Numbered from the stretch's first letter, positions 40,740 to 53,706 are shown. The stretch: DNA of 64,000 bases from Eledone cirrhosa (GCA_964016885.1 OZ024743.1:103850001-103914000), one strand, 5' to 3'. Notes: generated by a model from the sequence alone, not told the origin. Program-made: numbers and translations.

Positions 40740-41940
40740 AGTAACACTATGTCGTCTGCAAATTCCAGCCGACTGATTTTACATCCACCAGTCGTGATAC
40801 CACTTCCAATCCGTGTCAATCCTATTCAAGTAAATAATGAAGAGATGTGACAGTACGCACCATTGGCGGAATCCGATTCCCACATTAAATAGTTTCGATT
40901 TAGCACCATTTATCCGAACACAAATACTCGGACATTCGTACAGAGACATCAGGGGAGCAAGAAGCTGACCATCGATCCTATAATCCTGCCCAATCTTCCA
41001 CAGCAGGTCTCGAGAAACGCAGTCATATGCCTTTTTGAGGTCTACAAAACAAGAATATACCTCTTGGCAATACTCCTATGATTTCTCAAAGACCTGTCGC
41101 AGTGTGAATATTTGGTTGGCTGTGCTGCATCCGGTGCGAAAATCACACTATTCATCAGCTAACTTGGACTCGACAATCTCCCTGCATCTCTTTGCCAGAC
41201 ACTTAGCATAGACTATACCGGGGAGACTTAACAAGGAGATCTCTCTGTAATTGTAACAGTCTCTCTTGTCTCCCTTTTTTGAAAACAAGGATTATCACTC
41301 ATGATTGATATTACTTAGGTGCCTTTCCAAAGACCCTGGCCATCCGGAAAACACAAGTCAGCCAGAGAATACTTTCTCTATTAAAGGCTTTTAACATTTC
41401 TGTCCAGATTTCATCTTCCCCAGCGGCCTTGCCACATTTGAGCTCTTTAACTACTCTTGTGACCTCATCCTCCGAGAGATTGGTTACTGCTCCCAGATGC
41501 ACCCCATGTACAGCAGAAGGAGTTGTTGTGATCGGGTTCAGATGATCAGCAAATTATTCTTTCTACCTCGTGAGGATGCTCGTCTCTGAATAGAGGAGAA
41601 CCCCTGGGGCGTTCCTAAAAACTGAGATACTCGTTCTCTTCAGGAACCCTGTGCAGTGCACTCTGTATGTGAATAAAGTTCCACTGAAGCAGGTGAAGAA
41701 ATTCAAGTATCTTGGGGGCGTGTTCATGAGTGATGGCAGGCAGAAGGCTGGATTAAGTGCAAGAATTGCAGGAACTGGTGCAGTCATGCGCCAACTTCAA
41801 CATTCAGTCAACAGAAGAAGGGAGGTAGATATAAAAGCCAAACTCGCTATTCATGCCAACCCTTACCTATAATCATGAATCTTGGGTAATGACCGAAGAA
41901 TATGATCGCGAATACAAGCGACTGAAAAGGGTCTTTGGAG
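40740..41940. mobile_element. Decayed RTE-like LINE fragment with inversion
   Basis: Minus piece (GKAAGEDEIWTEMLK...FADDIVLL) at about 40740-41590 is joined to a plus piece (QVKKFKYLG) at about 41610-41940. Confidence 0.75.
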
Positions 41941-42158
41941 TAACGGCCCTCTCAGAAATAAGTGGGCGAACATACCCACAGACACGAACTACATTAAAAA
42001 TTCACACATAAATATACACACACGTACATGTACACACATGCGCACATAAAAAAACACAAAAGAATTCCCAGACATACACGTGTGTACGCACAGACAAAAA
42101 CGTGCACACTCTCGCACATACACAAACAATACAAAAATTTCAAACATGTTTACACACA

Positions 42159-42216
<58 letters not shown>

Positions 42217-43008
42217 CAAGCTACATTAAAAGTTCACAGACACACTGAGAATCGATAATGCACACACATAAAAACGCTCATGACAGACCTGGACTCTCCT
42301 CTTCGGTCCCCATCCTCGCACGCTGGACTACTCACCTACCATCCACCTCCAGCATTACAAACTCCGATCTTCCAATCTTCTCTCTCCGAACTCTCGATTT
42401 CCTGAAGAGGGACTTATGTCCGACACGGTGAACTCTCATTTACTTCTTCCTAAGTGTGAAACTAATAAGATTGTTTTTCCCTTTCTGTGTTTATCTTGTT
42501 TATTCTTGAACTATATATATAATATGTATTTATTTTTTGTCATCGAGGCAAATCCCAGTGCCTCGTATGGTGTGTTATTGAATTTGCGCCTCCTTCACTT
42601 TTTTATATAGATATTTCTTTTTTTTAATGAGAATTGAAACAGACATGGCACACCCAGAACTTACATCTTATTCAGGCATAAATCTTTGTAGGAATATATA
42701 AGTAGAATAGGAATACATAAGTAAAATAAATTGTCTTTAATGACGAATCGAAACCAAGTCGCAAAATCGCTTCACTTTGTCATTTAATAGCGAAATTAAA
42801 AATACTCTTGCTTCCCTTTTATTTCTTGATCACTAATTTGGTTTCTTCTATTTAAATTAGCAGTATATAATATAGTTGGTTCTTCCTTTTCTAATAAATA
42901 CAATTGTTGCTAATTTTATATAAAGTGGCAAGCCCGGAATATTATTACAACTAATTTTTTTTTTTTTTTATGAGAGCGTGCCACTCAGCCCAGTAAATCA
43001 CTAACATA

Positions 43009-43326
43009 ATGGAAGACAAAACCCTGATGGGAGATTCTTTCGAGTCTAGTTCACTGGGTTTATCCAATGATGATGTTATAAACGTAAAAATGCTAATACC
43101 AAGTGGTGCTGCCGGAGCCATCATTGGAAAGGGAGGTGAAGCTATTGCGGAAATACAGAAAGAAACTGGATCGAGAATCCGAATGACGAAATTAAATGAC
43201 TTCTACCCTGGGACTTCTGAGCGCGTGTGCCTTATAACGGGTAGTTTGGAAGCCGTACGTAAAGTTATTTATTCTATGATGGACAAAATTGAAGATAAAT
43301 TTACAGTTTTCGAGCGTTCACGACAG
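43009..43326 (+). CDS. nova: Nova/pasilla RNA-binding protein, coding exon 1 (KH1)
   Basis: VKMLIPSGAAGAIIGKGGEAIAEIQKETGSRIRMTKLNDFYPGTSERVCLITG matches Nova KH1. Donor CAG|GTAAAT at 43326/43327, phase 0. An additional upstream exon cannot be excluded. Confidence 0.9.
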
Positions 43327-43419
43327 GTAAATAGTGTATATTTATAAAGTTTATAGCCTTTTTTTATTATTTTTTTTTATTTGGTACTTTTTTATTATTT
43401 AACTTGTTTCTAAACCCAC

Positions 43420-43550
43420 ACCGAGGTTAGCTTTGCCTTTTATCCATACGGGGTCGATAAAATAAAGTATCAGTACTGCACTGGAGTCGATTTGATCAAC
43501 TTTCCCCTCCCCCCAAATTGATAGCCTCGTGCCTATAATAGAAATCATTA
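43420..43550 (+). mobile_element. SINE family A fragment in Nova intron 1
   Basis: CCGAGGTTAGCTTTGCCTTTTATCCATACGGGGTCGATAAAATAAAGTA...AGAAATCATTATT. Confidence 0.8.
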
Positions 43551-44120
43551 TTACACTCGTTTCCGAGGCGTGATTTATAGAATTCTTGAGTGAGGGAACT
43601 ACAGAAAACGAATAATTTACGATGGTTTTGAAGATCATATTCGTTCAATTTACATTTTTAAAAATCACAGGAAAAGCATAAATTTAACTTAAAAAATTGT
43701 GACCAAACCTATCGACTACCTTTTAAAATGAAAAATTTTATTATACCAGCCTTGGAGACCGGTGAAATAACGAAAAATTATCGTTTGTTTATGCGTGAAT
43801 ATTGGAATCCATTCTCCTAACAAATAAGCATTGTTAATACAGAGTATGTGAATAACGGTTAATGTTCACCTCGGCGGGATTTGCACTCAGAACGCAGAAA
43901 ACCAGAACGTCGTCTAAGAAATATAATGAATCTATAATTTCAAACATTTTTTTTTTCTTCTCAAATTTGAATTCAAAGGAGAATTTCCACTCCCTACTGT
44001 AGAATGCTTGAATAGAAATTTTAAACTGTTGATAATACGGTATTTTTTTTTTTTATTTTTTTTTTTTTTTTTTTTTATAAATTTGCTTGAATTAAGCACC
44101 TTTTTTTTTTATCTTATCAG

Positions 44121-44515
44121 TTTCTTAGACGCTCTTCTACGATGTCCAGTAGCAGTAGTGCGACAAATAGCAACCTGGACGGAAACCTGATGCACGTAAA
44201 GATTCTCGTGCCTAACACTACAGCTGGTCGTATTATCGGTAAAGGAGGTCAGTACATTGAACGAATCAAAGAGGAAACTGGCGCTTATGTTCAGATATCG
44301 CAAAAATCTCGTGAAACCATGTTATCAGAGCGTTGCGTGACCATTGCCGGGGATTTGCTCACAAATCAGAGGGCTATAGACATGATTCTTTATAAAGTAA
44401 TTGAGGATCCATACAGCAGTAACTTCACTACAATAAGCTATGCTGATCACCCAGGACCAATTGCAAATGCCAGTCCCACTGGCTCACCATTCGCCAATTC
44501 ATATTCAGCTGAGCG
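44121..44515 (+). CDS. nova: Nova/pasilla coding exon 2 (KH2)
   Basis: Polypyrimidine tract + TCAG| acceptor in frame. VKILVPNTTAGRIIGKGG...VQISQK...ERCVT and GPIANASPTGSPFA. Donor CG|GTGGGT, phase 2. Confidence 0.9.
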
Positions 44516-44548
44516 GTGGGTATAGCGTCTTTTTATATATTCTAATAA

Positions 44549-46257
44549 CACCGTGTAACATATTTTGTTCCCCGGTTCTAAGTGTGATTTCCTGGTTTGT
44601 TATATCCCATTATTATTTTTTTTAAAAACACTTATTTAATCAGATGTTTGGGTTTGTGGTCAGTTTGATATTTCGAAATTTTCATATTTTTTCAAGAAAA
44701 CTTTTTTTTTTAATTTATCAGTTCATATAATTAAATCAAGAGTATATATTTATTTTATTACACAAGCTTATCAAAATCAAACTAGTAAAAACAAATAACA
44801 CTTATAAAGCAACTTCTACACGTCAGAAATGACTGGATTTCCTGGATTTGCGGTTGTAGTCCAGGTCGCATTCCCGCACTAGCCCCCAGATATAGTCCCC
44901 CTATCATTTTTTTCATTGTAGTGGCCCTAGTACCTCCGCTCTATCTCTTTCACATCTTGGTGGAATCGTTCGCCTTGTTCTTCTGAGTAGGCGCCTATAT
45001 TGTCCTTGAATTTTTCCAGGTGAGCGTCCAGCATATGGAGTTTAAGCGACATCCTGCATCCCATGGCGCCAAAAGCCTTTATCAGATCTTGCACCAGTTG
45101 CTGGTAGTTTTCAGCTCTGTAGTTGCCCAGGAAGCCCTTAACTGCCTTGAAACAGTTCCATGCTGTTCTCTCAATCCTATTGAGCTTATTGGAGAACTCG
45201 GTAGACTTAAACACCATCTTTATCTGCGGTCCAAATTCCACCTTTGATTTTGGCCTCGGATAACTTGGAAGAACTCAAAGTACTTAAAAGCGGCTGATTC
45301 TTGGTTGAGAGCCTTCACAAACTGCTTCATCAACCCCAACTCAATGTGCAGTGGCGGCATGAGCACAATCCTGGGATCAACCAGTGGCTCCCACATGACG
45401 TTCCGGGTCCCAACTACAAATTCTGTTCGCTGCTCCCAGTTCTTTCTTTTGTAGTGGTCAGAGGTAGCTCTGCTGTCCCAAAGGCAGAGGAAGGATTGGA
45501 ATTTGATAAAGCCTCCTTGGAGTCCAAGCAGGAAAGCCACCATCTTGAAGTCTCCAATGATTTCCCAATTGTACTGGTTGTATTGCAGAGCTTCCAAGAG
45601 GACTTTCACACTGTAATCTTCCTTCAGGCAGACTGAATGAGCTAGGGACAGTGTCGGGAACTTATTTCCATTGTGGAGGAGGACAGCCTTCAAACTTGTG
45701 GTGGAGCTGTCTATAAATAGCCGCCACTCCTTGGGCACAAACGACACCCCAATAACGTCAAACAGTCCAGACACGTCATGGCAGAAGCAGAAGCCATCCC
45801 TAAGAGTGTAAAAGCCTGAGAAAGGTTTGTCGACTTCTCTGACTCGTCACCTACACTTCTTCCTTGACCAAGTTCCACTGCTTCATCCTGGAGACGAATG
45901 CTTAAAACACAACTTAGGGTGCGAAAATCCAGTATCAATAAATCTCTTTAATCCACTTTTTAACAATTTTATACGTTATTGGTTTTTTTATAATTTTCTT
46001 TAGGTATTATTCTTTCTTATAATTTTAATTTAACCTGAAACATATATAAAAAAAATCATTTAACATAAGCAAATTAAACTTACATACAACGTAAAATCCA
46101 GCATACAAATAATTCTAGTGAATAGCTTAGAATTTTTACAAACCCAAACTTTTAACTGTTTAATAGCACTTTTTTATTTATTTTGTACCTAAGCAAGATA
46201 AAAAAAAAAAATGATTACAAGCCAGTAACAGGAAAATTTTTTTTTTGTCACACGGTG
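44549..46257 (-). mobile_element. Chapaev-type (CMC superfamily) DNA transposon, decayed, in Nova intron 2
   Basis: TIRs CACCGTGT(A/G)ACA and 4-bp TSD ATAA. Transposase motifs EWRLFIDSS..SLKAVLLHNGN, GDFKMV..LLGLQGG, PPLHIELGLMKQFVKAL, SEEQGERFHQD (44927-45900, frameshifted). Confidence 0.85.
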
Positions 46258-46573
46258 ATAATTCAAATTTGATTTGATTACCAGCTGTTCGAAATCTTAG
46301 TAATTTGTAAGTCAATTGTTCCTCTGGTAGACGTTAAGTTGGCATCTGTCAATGCCAGCCATTCTTTGCCGCAAAATAATTGAGCTACATTAATACTTTG
46401 TTTTTGACGTAAATGTTTTAGAATCTTTCAGATTCCATTGGACTTCTATTGGTATCTATTTTTTCAGAAAGATATGGTTAGTTGTTGACGTATATTTAAA
46501 TCGGCAGACTCGATTATTTTGCAATCACGAGATACCTGGTTCGTTTCCACTGCATGGCATCTTGGGCAGCAAA

Positions 46574-46606
<33 letters not shown>

Positions 46607-46892
46607 ATAACTTTGGGAAATTCAAATGTAAACTAAACCTGTCGGATTGCAAATCGAAGACTGTCTTGTCATGATGCATCCATCTGGGGTTTACGCTGAG
46701 AGAACATGCATTTCCTGTTTCTAGAGTCCTCAGCCACTTAAACGCTAATTCATTGAACAGGTAGTTGGTTTCATCTATTTTAGTACTCGTCGTCGAAGCT
46801 GACCTTTGTTTTCTTAATGCTACATTTCTAAATATATTTTTTTCCCTTAGTTGTTCATCATAGCTACTTTATTCAATATTTTGTTTTTGCAG

Positions 46893-47751
46893 GAACGATT
46901 CAAAAGACCTCCGCAATAATCTACGCAGTGAATTTGGGGATAAAAGCTCCGCTGAATTCTCGAACATGAGCAACTTTGCAGCGTTGCTAGACAACTTAAA
47001 CATGACACTACGTAATTTGGGTTATTCTGAAATTGCAGCAGACGAAATTAGTTCGGCTTACAATACACTAGTTAATTATAGCTGCTTCTCCCCTGTTAAT
47101 TCGCTTGGATTGCTTCCAAATATGTCGTTCGCTAGTTATTGCTCGAATGCTTTATCAAATCTAATAAACAATCGCACACAGTCATCACTTTCCCCCAACA
47201 GTTCTTATCTCGGTAATTCCACCTCTCGTGACAACCTTGGAAGCCAATATGGCCCCATAGGCAGTAGCAGCGAGATGTCGTCCTCATCACACACCGTTGG
47301 AAATGATTTATATTCTATCAGAGACAAAATGGGTTTAGGTCCAATCATTAACAATGCTAACTACCAGACAAACGGCGTTGGATTTCCGTGCCGTTCTTTA
47401 AAAAATATTGATGACAAAGATTTTTCTAGTATGAATAACAACTCTTTTGGTCTTGGCGTCGGTTTATGTGGAACATCTGATAAACAAAATCTATGCTCAA
47501 AGCAAGAAATAGAAGTTCCTGAATCTATCGTGGGAGCTATTTTTGGTCCTAAAGGCAGAGGAATTGTAGAAATCCAGCAATTTACAAACGTTATCGTACA
47601 AATATCGAAAAGGGGTGTATATGCACCCGGAACTCGCAACCGCATAGTGAATATACGTGGCTGCCCTTTAAATGTAGCTAGAGCTCAATTCTTAATACAG
47701 CATCGTCTACAACAAGAGGAAATGAAGCGTGCCCAGCAAGCAAACAAATGA
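46893..47751 (+). CDS. nova: Nova/pasilla coding exon 3 (linker + KH3, stop)
   Basis: Acceptor TTTTTGCAG|G completes a CGG codon in frame with ORF 46966-47751. KH3 EVPESIVGAIFGPKG...VQISKRGVYAPGTRNRIV...AQFLI. Total CDS 1572 nt. Confidence 0.92.
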
Positions 47752-47938
47752 GAAATCGGTTTTGATTTCGAAGGCTTGTTGCTTTATTCCTCTGATTTCA
47801 GTTTCGATTGAGCGAAGTACGCATGATTGTTTTCCTTCAATTAGAAACCACACCTTCACTAAATACAAAATTTTCCATGTGATCAAGTCTTAAGTTAGAT
47901 TACTAATAAACTTTTCATGCTTTGTATGTATATATGTG

Positions 47939-47985
<47 letters not shown>

Positions 47986-49753
47986 ATATATATATATATA
48001 TATACATACACACATACATACATACATACACACATATATAGACACTAATCATTTATGTACTAATACATTTAACAATGTTTTTTGTTTGTTCGCAGTTGTT
48101 TGTTTTTCTTCGTTGGGCGGAAAAAACCCACTGTGCACTCGAAACCCATACAATCCTCCAAAACCATTTGAAATTTAATAAGTTTTTTTATTTTATCGAA
48201 TTTGACTCGAATATCTAAGATTCCACTCAAAATAGAACATACTATTTCAATTCTTCCCTATTACAACTCGTTTATTTTTACTGATTTTTTTCTCTTAAAT
48301 ATACATTTTAAACTTTATCAACCAATCAGTTTTCAATCAATGAACTCAAACGGACTCCCCCCCCCCCCCCACTTAACACACATTACCAATGCCAAATGTC
48401 TTCACATCCTGGGATTTATTTCCAAATATTCTCAAACCTGAAATTGTGTGTCCTTAAGTGACAATAATAATGATTGTAATCACTATAAGAGAAAATCAGG
48501 TAAAACACCAATGAAGACCGAGAAAAGGTGGCAGAGGTACCTCTGTTCACCCCACATCCCGTTTTCAGGGGAGCTTAGCAGATTTTCTCAACTATTTAAT
48601 TATCAACTGTTATGGTCCTTTGCGTAAGCAGGCATACATTTCATATATTAAAATTTTCCCAATGCTTCTTAGGTCAACCGTTAACATTTCACTTTTTTTT
48701 TTTTTTTTTTTTTTTTTTTATTTTATTCTTTACGATATCCTATTTATTTCAAGTTCAACAATCCGTAACATAGATGCATCTCGTGTTGAACCATTTGGTT
48801 TTTTTTTTTTTTTTGTTTGTTTTTTTTTTTTTAAGCAGAATTAACTACCCAACTGGCGCCCACATTACCCTTTTGTTCCAAAATGTTCGCTGTTATTTCT
48901 TGTTCATTCTTCTGAAATTGTTATATCTACCAATTTTTGTTAGATATGTAATGTTACCATTTCTTTCAAAGCAAATGCTATTTCATTTCAATTTTTTTTT
49001 CTTTTACTGCTCAATACTTGTATTATGCTAAAAAAAAATATCTAACCCATTGTACATTGCAATTTTTTTTGTTTTTTTGTTTTGTGTTTTTTGTTTTTTG
49101 TTTTGTTTTTTTGTTAGAACTTCTCATTGCATACTCAAAATACATTTGTACAAACTCTAGGCCGTATATCGGCTTCAATGAACTCGAGGAAAAAACAGTT
49201 GAGTTTCATTAAAAAAAAATAATTTTAACGCGAGATGTAAAACTGATCTTTCATTAAAATTTTGATTTAGAACCAATAAAGTGCATAGTTGATCCTTTCT
49301 TTTATGTATTTTGAAATGTTATGTTCAGCAGCTCTGCAGCTGTTGCAGTGGTCATTTCAGGGTTTAGAAAATACAATGCTTGCTTCAGACTAGGTACGGA
49401 CAAATTGCAAATATATCAAATGACTTCATTGGTACACCTATTTTTACTTTCCCAATTTCATGAATTGTGTGGAGTTGCAGATTATTCTGTTTGGGAGGGC
49501 CATGCGGGAGTGGTTTTGGCATTTTAAGGCTGTGTAGTGGCAGAGTATTCCAGACACGTAGGTTTTGTTTTTGTTTTTTTTATGTAATTAGCATAGTATG
49601 TAACAAGGCTGGCTCTTTCAATCACAGGAACAGTCCAGCTGACTAGCTTCCAAAGAATTTCCTTCTACCCAATTTCACTTGAACCTATAGTAAATCACGC
49701 TAGAGATACGACGGAATCTAAGTCTGAAAAGACTACGAAGTGAACCTCTATAC

Positions 49754-50039
49754 CAGTCATGGGCAACCTGCGGCCCGCGAAGCTTTCTGAATGGCTTGCC
49801 TAGGTGAATCTTTCTGATTTCCCCCCCCCCCCCCCCCCTCTTCAGTCGTAATTTATCTTTCTATCATTTATACGATCGAGGAAAACGTGTACGAATTCTG
49901 AAGAAACCAATCAAAATAACCTTAGTTACCACTTTTTTATATATATATAATTTAAAGGACACTAATGTAAATTAGCGCCATTGGCTCATCAGACGGGCCA
50001 CATCTCATGCGGCCCGCTTCTCGAAAGGTTGCCATGCTA
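49754..50039. mobile_element. hAT-like MITE; second copy at 60602-60844
   Basis: Ends CAG.CATGGGCAACCTGCGGCCCGC ... GCGGCCCGC..AAGGTTGCC(C)AT, with a shared internal sequence between copies. Confidence 0.7.
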
Positions 50040-50499
50040 TATTTCTTTGCAATGAATACTGATAGTCTTATCCCACAACGGTTAGAGTGCTTACCGACGA
50101 TGTAGTGGTCAACGCCCCCCCCCCCCCTTCCTTGAGTCTTTTTCGCTTGCTCTCAGACCAATGAAATTTATCCCATCAATAAACGTTTGGTCAATACATT
50201 TTAATATCTTTGCAAACAAACATGTACATACACATCATCCCTGATATGCAAGAAAGTAATAGCACCTGTCATAAAACTAAGCTGACTAAGTGCCTTGTCT
50301 AAGGAGACACAATTTTATAGAAGGATGTGGTATCTATTATAAAAATGAAATTAGGGATTGATAGGTGGCTTGTATGTAATTCATGTACAGAGGTGCAGTC
50401 AGTAGAGAGGAAGCAGGTCATGAGTTTAGTAAGGAATTCAATGTGCAGGTCAGTGTTTGTCAAGCCAATAGCCCTCGGTCCCACTTTCCTGTTTATTAT

Positions 50500-50910
50500 A
50501 GTTTTCTAGGCCTTAACAAAAATGTGTAAAACCAGATGTTCATGTGAACTTGTGTGTTGACATCTTGATTCTTATTGGCAAATCTGTGGAAGGGCTAAAG
50601 AAGATATTCCAGTTGTGAAAACAGAATTTAGAATCAAAAGGAATCGGAATAAACTTAGAAAAAAAAAAGCAATTTTAGTAAGTGGAAAAGAAGTCCAACT
50701 CAGGAATGTGGCCCTGCTCAATATGTAGAAAAGGAATTGGCAAGAACATTATACGATGCACACCATGTAAAAGATGGCTACAGAAGAGATGTAGGATTGT
50801 AGGCAAACTAACAGGAAAGGTAGACTATATGTAAGAGATGCACAAGAGTAGTTAGTAGTAATAAACTTTCTCCTATTGGGGAAAGCAGTTGATAGCTGCA
50901 AGTGATTCAA
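50500..50910 (+). pseudogene. Highly decayed RTE RT fragment related to the 21704-24310 element
   Basis: WPCSICRKGIGKN at about 50708 matches the Cys-rich insert of the 22057 ORF. Confidence 0.65.
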
Positions 50911-50965
50911 GAATTTTGTAATATATTTTAAGATATTTCATTTTTGATTTTAAAGAGTCTTTGTA

Positions 50966-50996
<31 letters not shown>

Positions 50997-51519
50997 GGCT
51001 TACTATTTTTCTCTTTCCCAGCATAAGCTTAGCATAACATTTGCTTGGGAAATCATTCATCCATACAGAAGAGATTTCCTGTCCATCATTGTTGATTCCT
51101 AATAAGTATGATTTGGATTGATGTGATCCTAGTTTAAGCGAAAACTTCAGTGTCGGGGAAGAGTGAGGATGAACTTGTTATGAGTATGTGGTAGAGGCAT
51201 TTCTGGTGAAACCTTTCCAGGATTTAAACATGACACGTGTTTATTTTCCAGGTTTCAGAAGAATACAACATTGCAGAAAGAATAGATGAGACATATGCCA
51301 CAATCTTAGTGTCAGTTTTGATATGGTGCTGTGACCAGACTTAAGATTCTAGACTGCCAAAGGTTTTTGCTGTCTTTTGAATGTGAAAAGTGATTTCCAT
51401 GTCCAAATTTCCATTAACAAGTTACTTAGGTATCCAAAATAAGTTACAACTTTAAGTACTGTACCCCTAACAAGTATCTGAGGTTGATTTGTTCACCAGG
51501 AGCGGATTCATGCATTAAA

Positions 51520-52400
51520 AGATTTTTTTTTTAATTGATTATGAGACCAAATACATTACAGACAGGATTAAATACACTAATTATGTTCTGTAAGCCTCAC
51601 TCAGTATCACTTACTATGTCACAGTTGTCTGCATATCAAATATCATGTAGTAAAGAGGTAAAGATTTTAAATTTGAAGTTCATTCTCATTAGATTAAACA
51701 CATTACTTGAAGAGCAGTATTGTATATGGACACCATATATTGAAATTGCAAATACTTAGATAGCATAGCTGCAAAATAGATGGAGAAAAGTGTTGTGCTT
51801 CGAAGTTGCCTTGATTAATTCCATTTTCAACCAGAAATAGTTCTGATAGGGTTCTCCCAAAGTTAACATGAGCCTTCATATTCTTATGGAGAGCCTTGAT
51901 TATATTCACAAACTTTGCAGGACAGCCAAATTTCTTCAGCACTAGCCAGAGTGCATTCCTGTTAATCATGTTAAAGGCTTTGCAAAGATCTATAAAACAA
52001 TGGTTTAAGCCCATGGTTAGTTTGTTGCATTTCTCTTGTTACTACCGATAGTAAGGATAATATCAACTGTCCAATGAGATGTGTGGAAGCCATATTGTGA
52101 CACTGATACAGCTCTCAGAACAATGAATTTATCAAGGCATTCTATAAGAAAATGAGAAAGCACTTTTACAACAACTGACAACAAAGATATGCCACAGAAA
52201 TTTCCACATAAGTCCTTGAGACCAGATTTATATAGGGAGATGAGAATAGCATGAATCCAATCTTGAGGCACCTCTTCTTTTCTCCAGTAGTATACAAGTA
52301 AGGAGTTTAAATAACTCGATCATTTTTTTTCCCCATCAGACTTCAAAAGTTCTGAACTAATACCATCAATTTCCAGCACTTTATTGTCATTGAGCTTTTA
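51520..52400 (-). pseudogene. Decayed RTE RT fragment
   Basis: PQDWIHAILISLYK, GISLLSVV, QYGF, FIDLCKAFN, FGCPAKFVNII. Confidence 0.8.
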
Positions 52401-52443
52401 CAGCTGCTGCAATATCATCTTAGCTATATATCATCATCATCAT

Positions 52444-52477
<34 letters not shown>

Positions 52478-52896
52478 ATATATATATAATGTCATCTACA
52501 TACCGGGAGTATATAGTCAATGTTATAGAGCTCTCAACTGTGCGTTCCTTAACTCTTTAGTATTTACATTACTCTATATTTTCATGCTAAATATCACATA
52601 ATATCTATGTGATATTCTATGAAATTTTGATATTATTTATTTTGAGAACACTACCTTAACATCAGTATAAGTGGCCAGTTACAGCCAGTTTGAACAGAAA
52701 GAAGTGAAAGAATTCTGGCCGGATATGGCCAGTTTAAATGCTAAAGGATTAAGTCTCCTGTCCCAAACAACGACTAAACAACCATCTGGTTATTAAACTA
52801 ACTGACTGAGAGTTTATAATAAATTGATGTGAAATCTAACAGGTGTATGTTTTTAATAGCAGCATGACCCTCCCAAAGCATAACAATATACACACG

Positions 52897-52944
<48 letters not shown>

Positions 52945-53278
52945 TAAAAATGTAAAACACACTGGTATATTTAAAGACTATTCTTTTCTTTAATCCACCA
53001 AAATGAATATTTTAATAATTGTTACATTGAATGGATTTAAATTTAAAGAAAAAAATAATCTTTAAATATATCTGTGCTTTCTTTCACTTTTACTTTGACA
53101 TTTCGAAGTTTATACATTTTTATTCAAATATATATACATGCATGTATGTATGTGTGTGTGTCTGTATTATTTATATTTTTATTCATATCTTTGAAGTGGT
53201 CATGAGTTGACTTCCACTATATATATATATATATTACTTCAAAATATTAATAAATATAGACATTCATGTGATCAAATA

Positions 53279-53344
53279 TATTTTATTATACATATTTCAG
53301 AGGTACTGAGCTATTTCAACAGTACGTCCTCATCAGATAAAATA
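53279..53344 (-). ncRNA. Type I hammerhead ribozyme motif
   Basis: Minus strand TATTTTAT-CTGATGA-GGACGTACTG-TTGAAATAGCT-CAGTACCTCT-GAAA-TATGTA-TA-ATAAAATA has a perfect 8-bp stem I. Confidence 0.75.
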
Positions 53345-53434
53345 AATTGATGTCTGACATACCTTGACTGTGTTGATGGTTAAAATTCAGTCATGGCAGT
53401 GATTAGTTATGACAAAACTCAATATTTATATACC

Positions 53435-53472
<38 letters not shown>

Positions 53473-53635
53473 CAAAGGAAATGGAGTAAGGAACCAGATG
53501 GACCATAAAGCACCAGAGTACTCAATACTTAGGGTAGTAGAGTGGTATATATATATATAACCTATATATAACCTATATGTTGATTTAAAACTTCACTGCT
53601 CACAAGTGTTTTTTAAGCTTCATATCATGTTTCCC

Positions 53636-53706
53636 TATTTTATCTGATGAGAACGCAAATGTCATCCCATGATGATATTTGTTTTTGAAATGCGCATAAT
53701 AAAATA
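53636..53706 (+). ncRNA. Type I hammerhead ribozyme motif
   Basis: TATTTTAT-CTGATGA-GAAC-GCAAATGTCATC-CCAT-GATGATATTTGT-TTTT-GAAA-TGCGCA-TA-ATAAAATA has an 8-bp stem I, a long stem II, a palindromic ATGCGCAT stem III and an AUA cleavage triplet. Confidence 0.8.
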
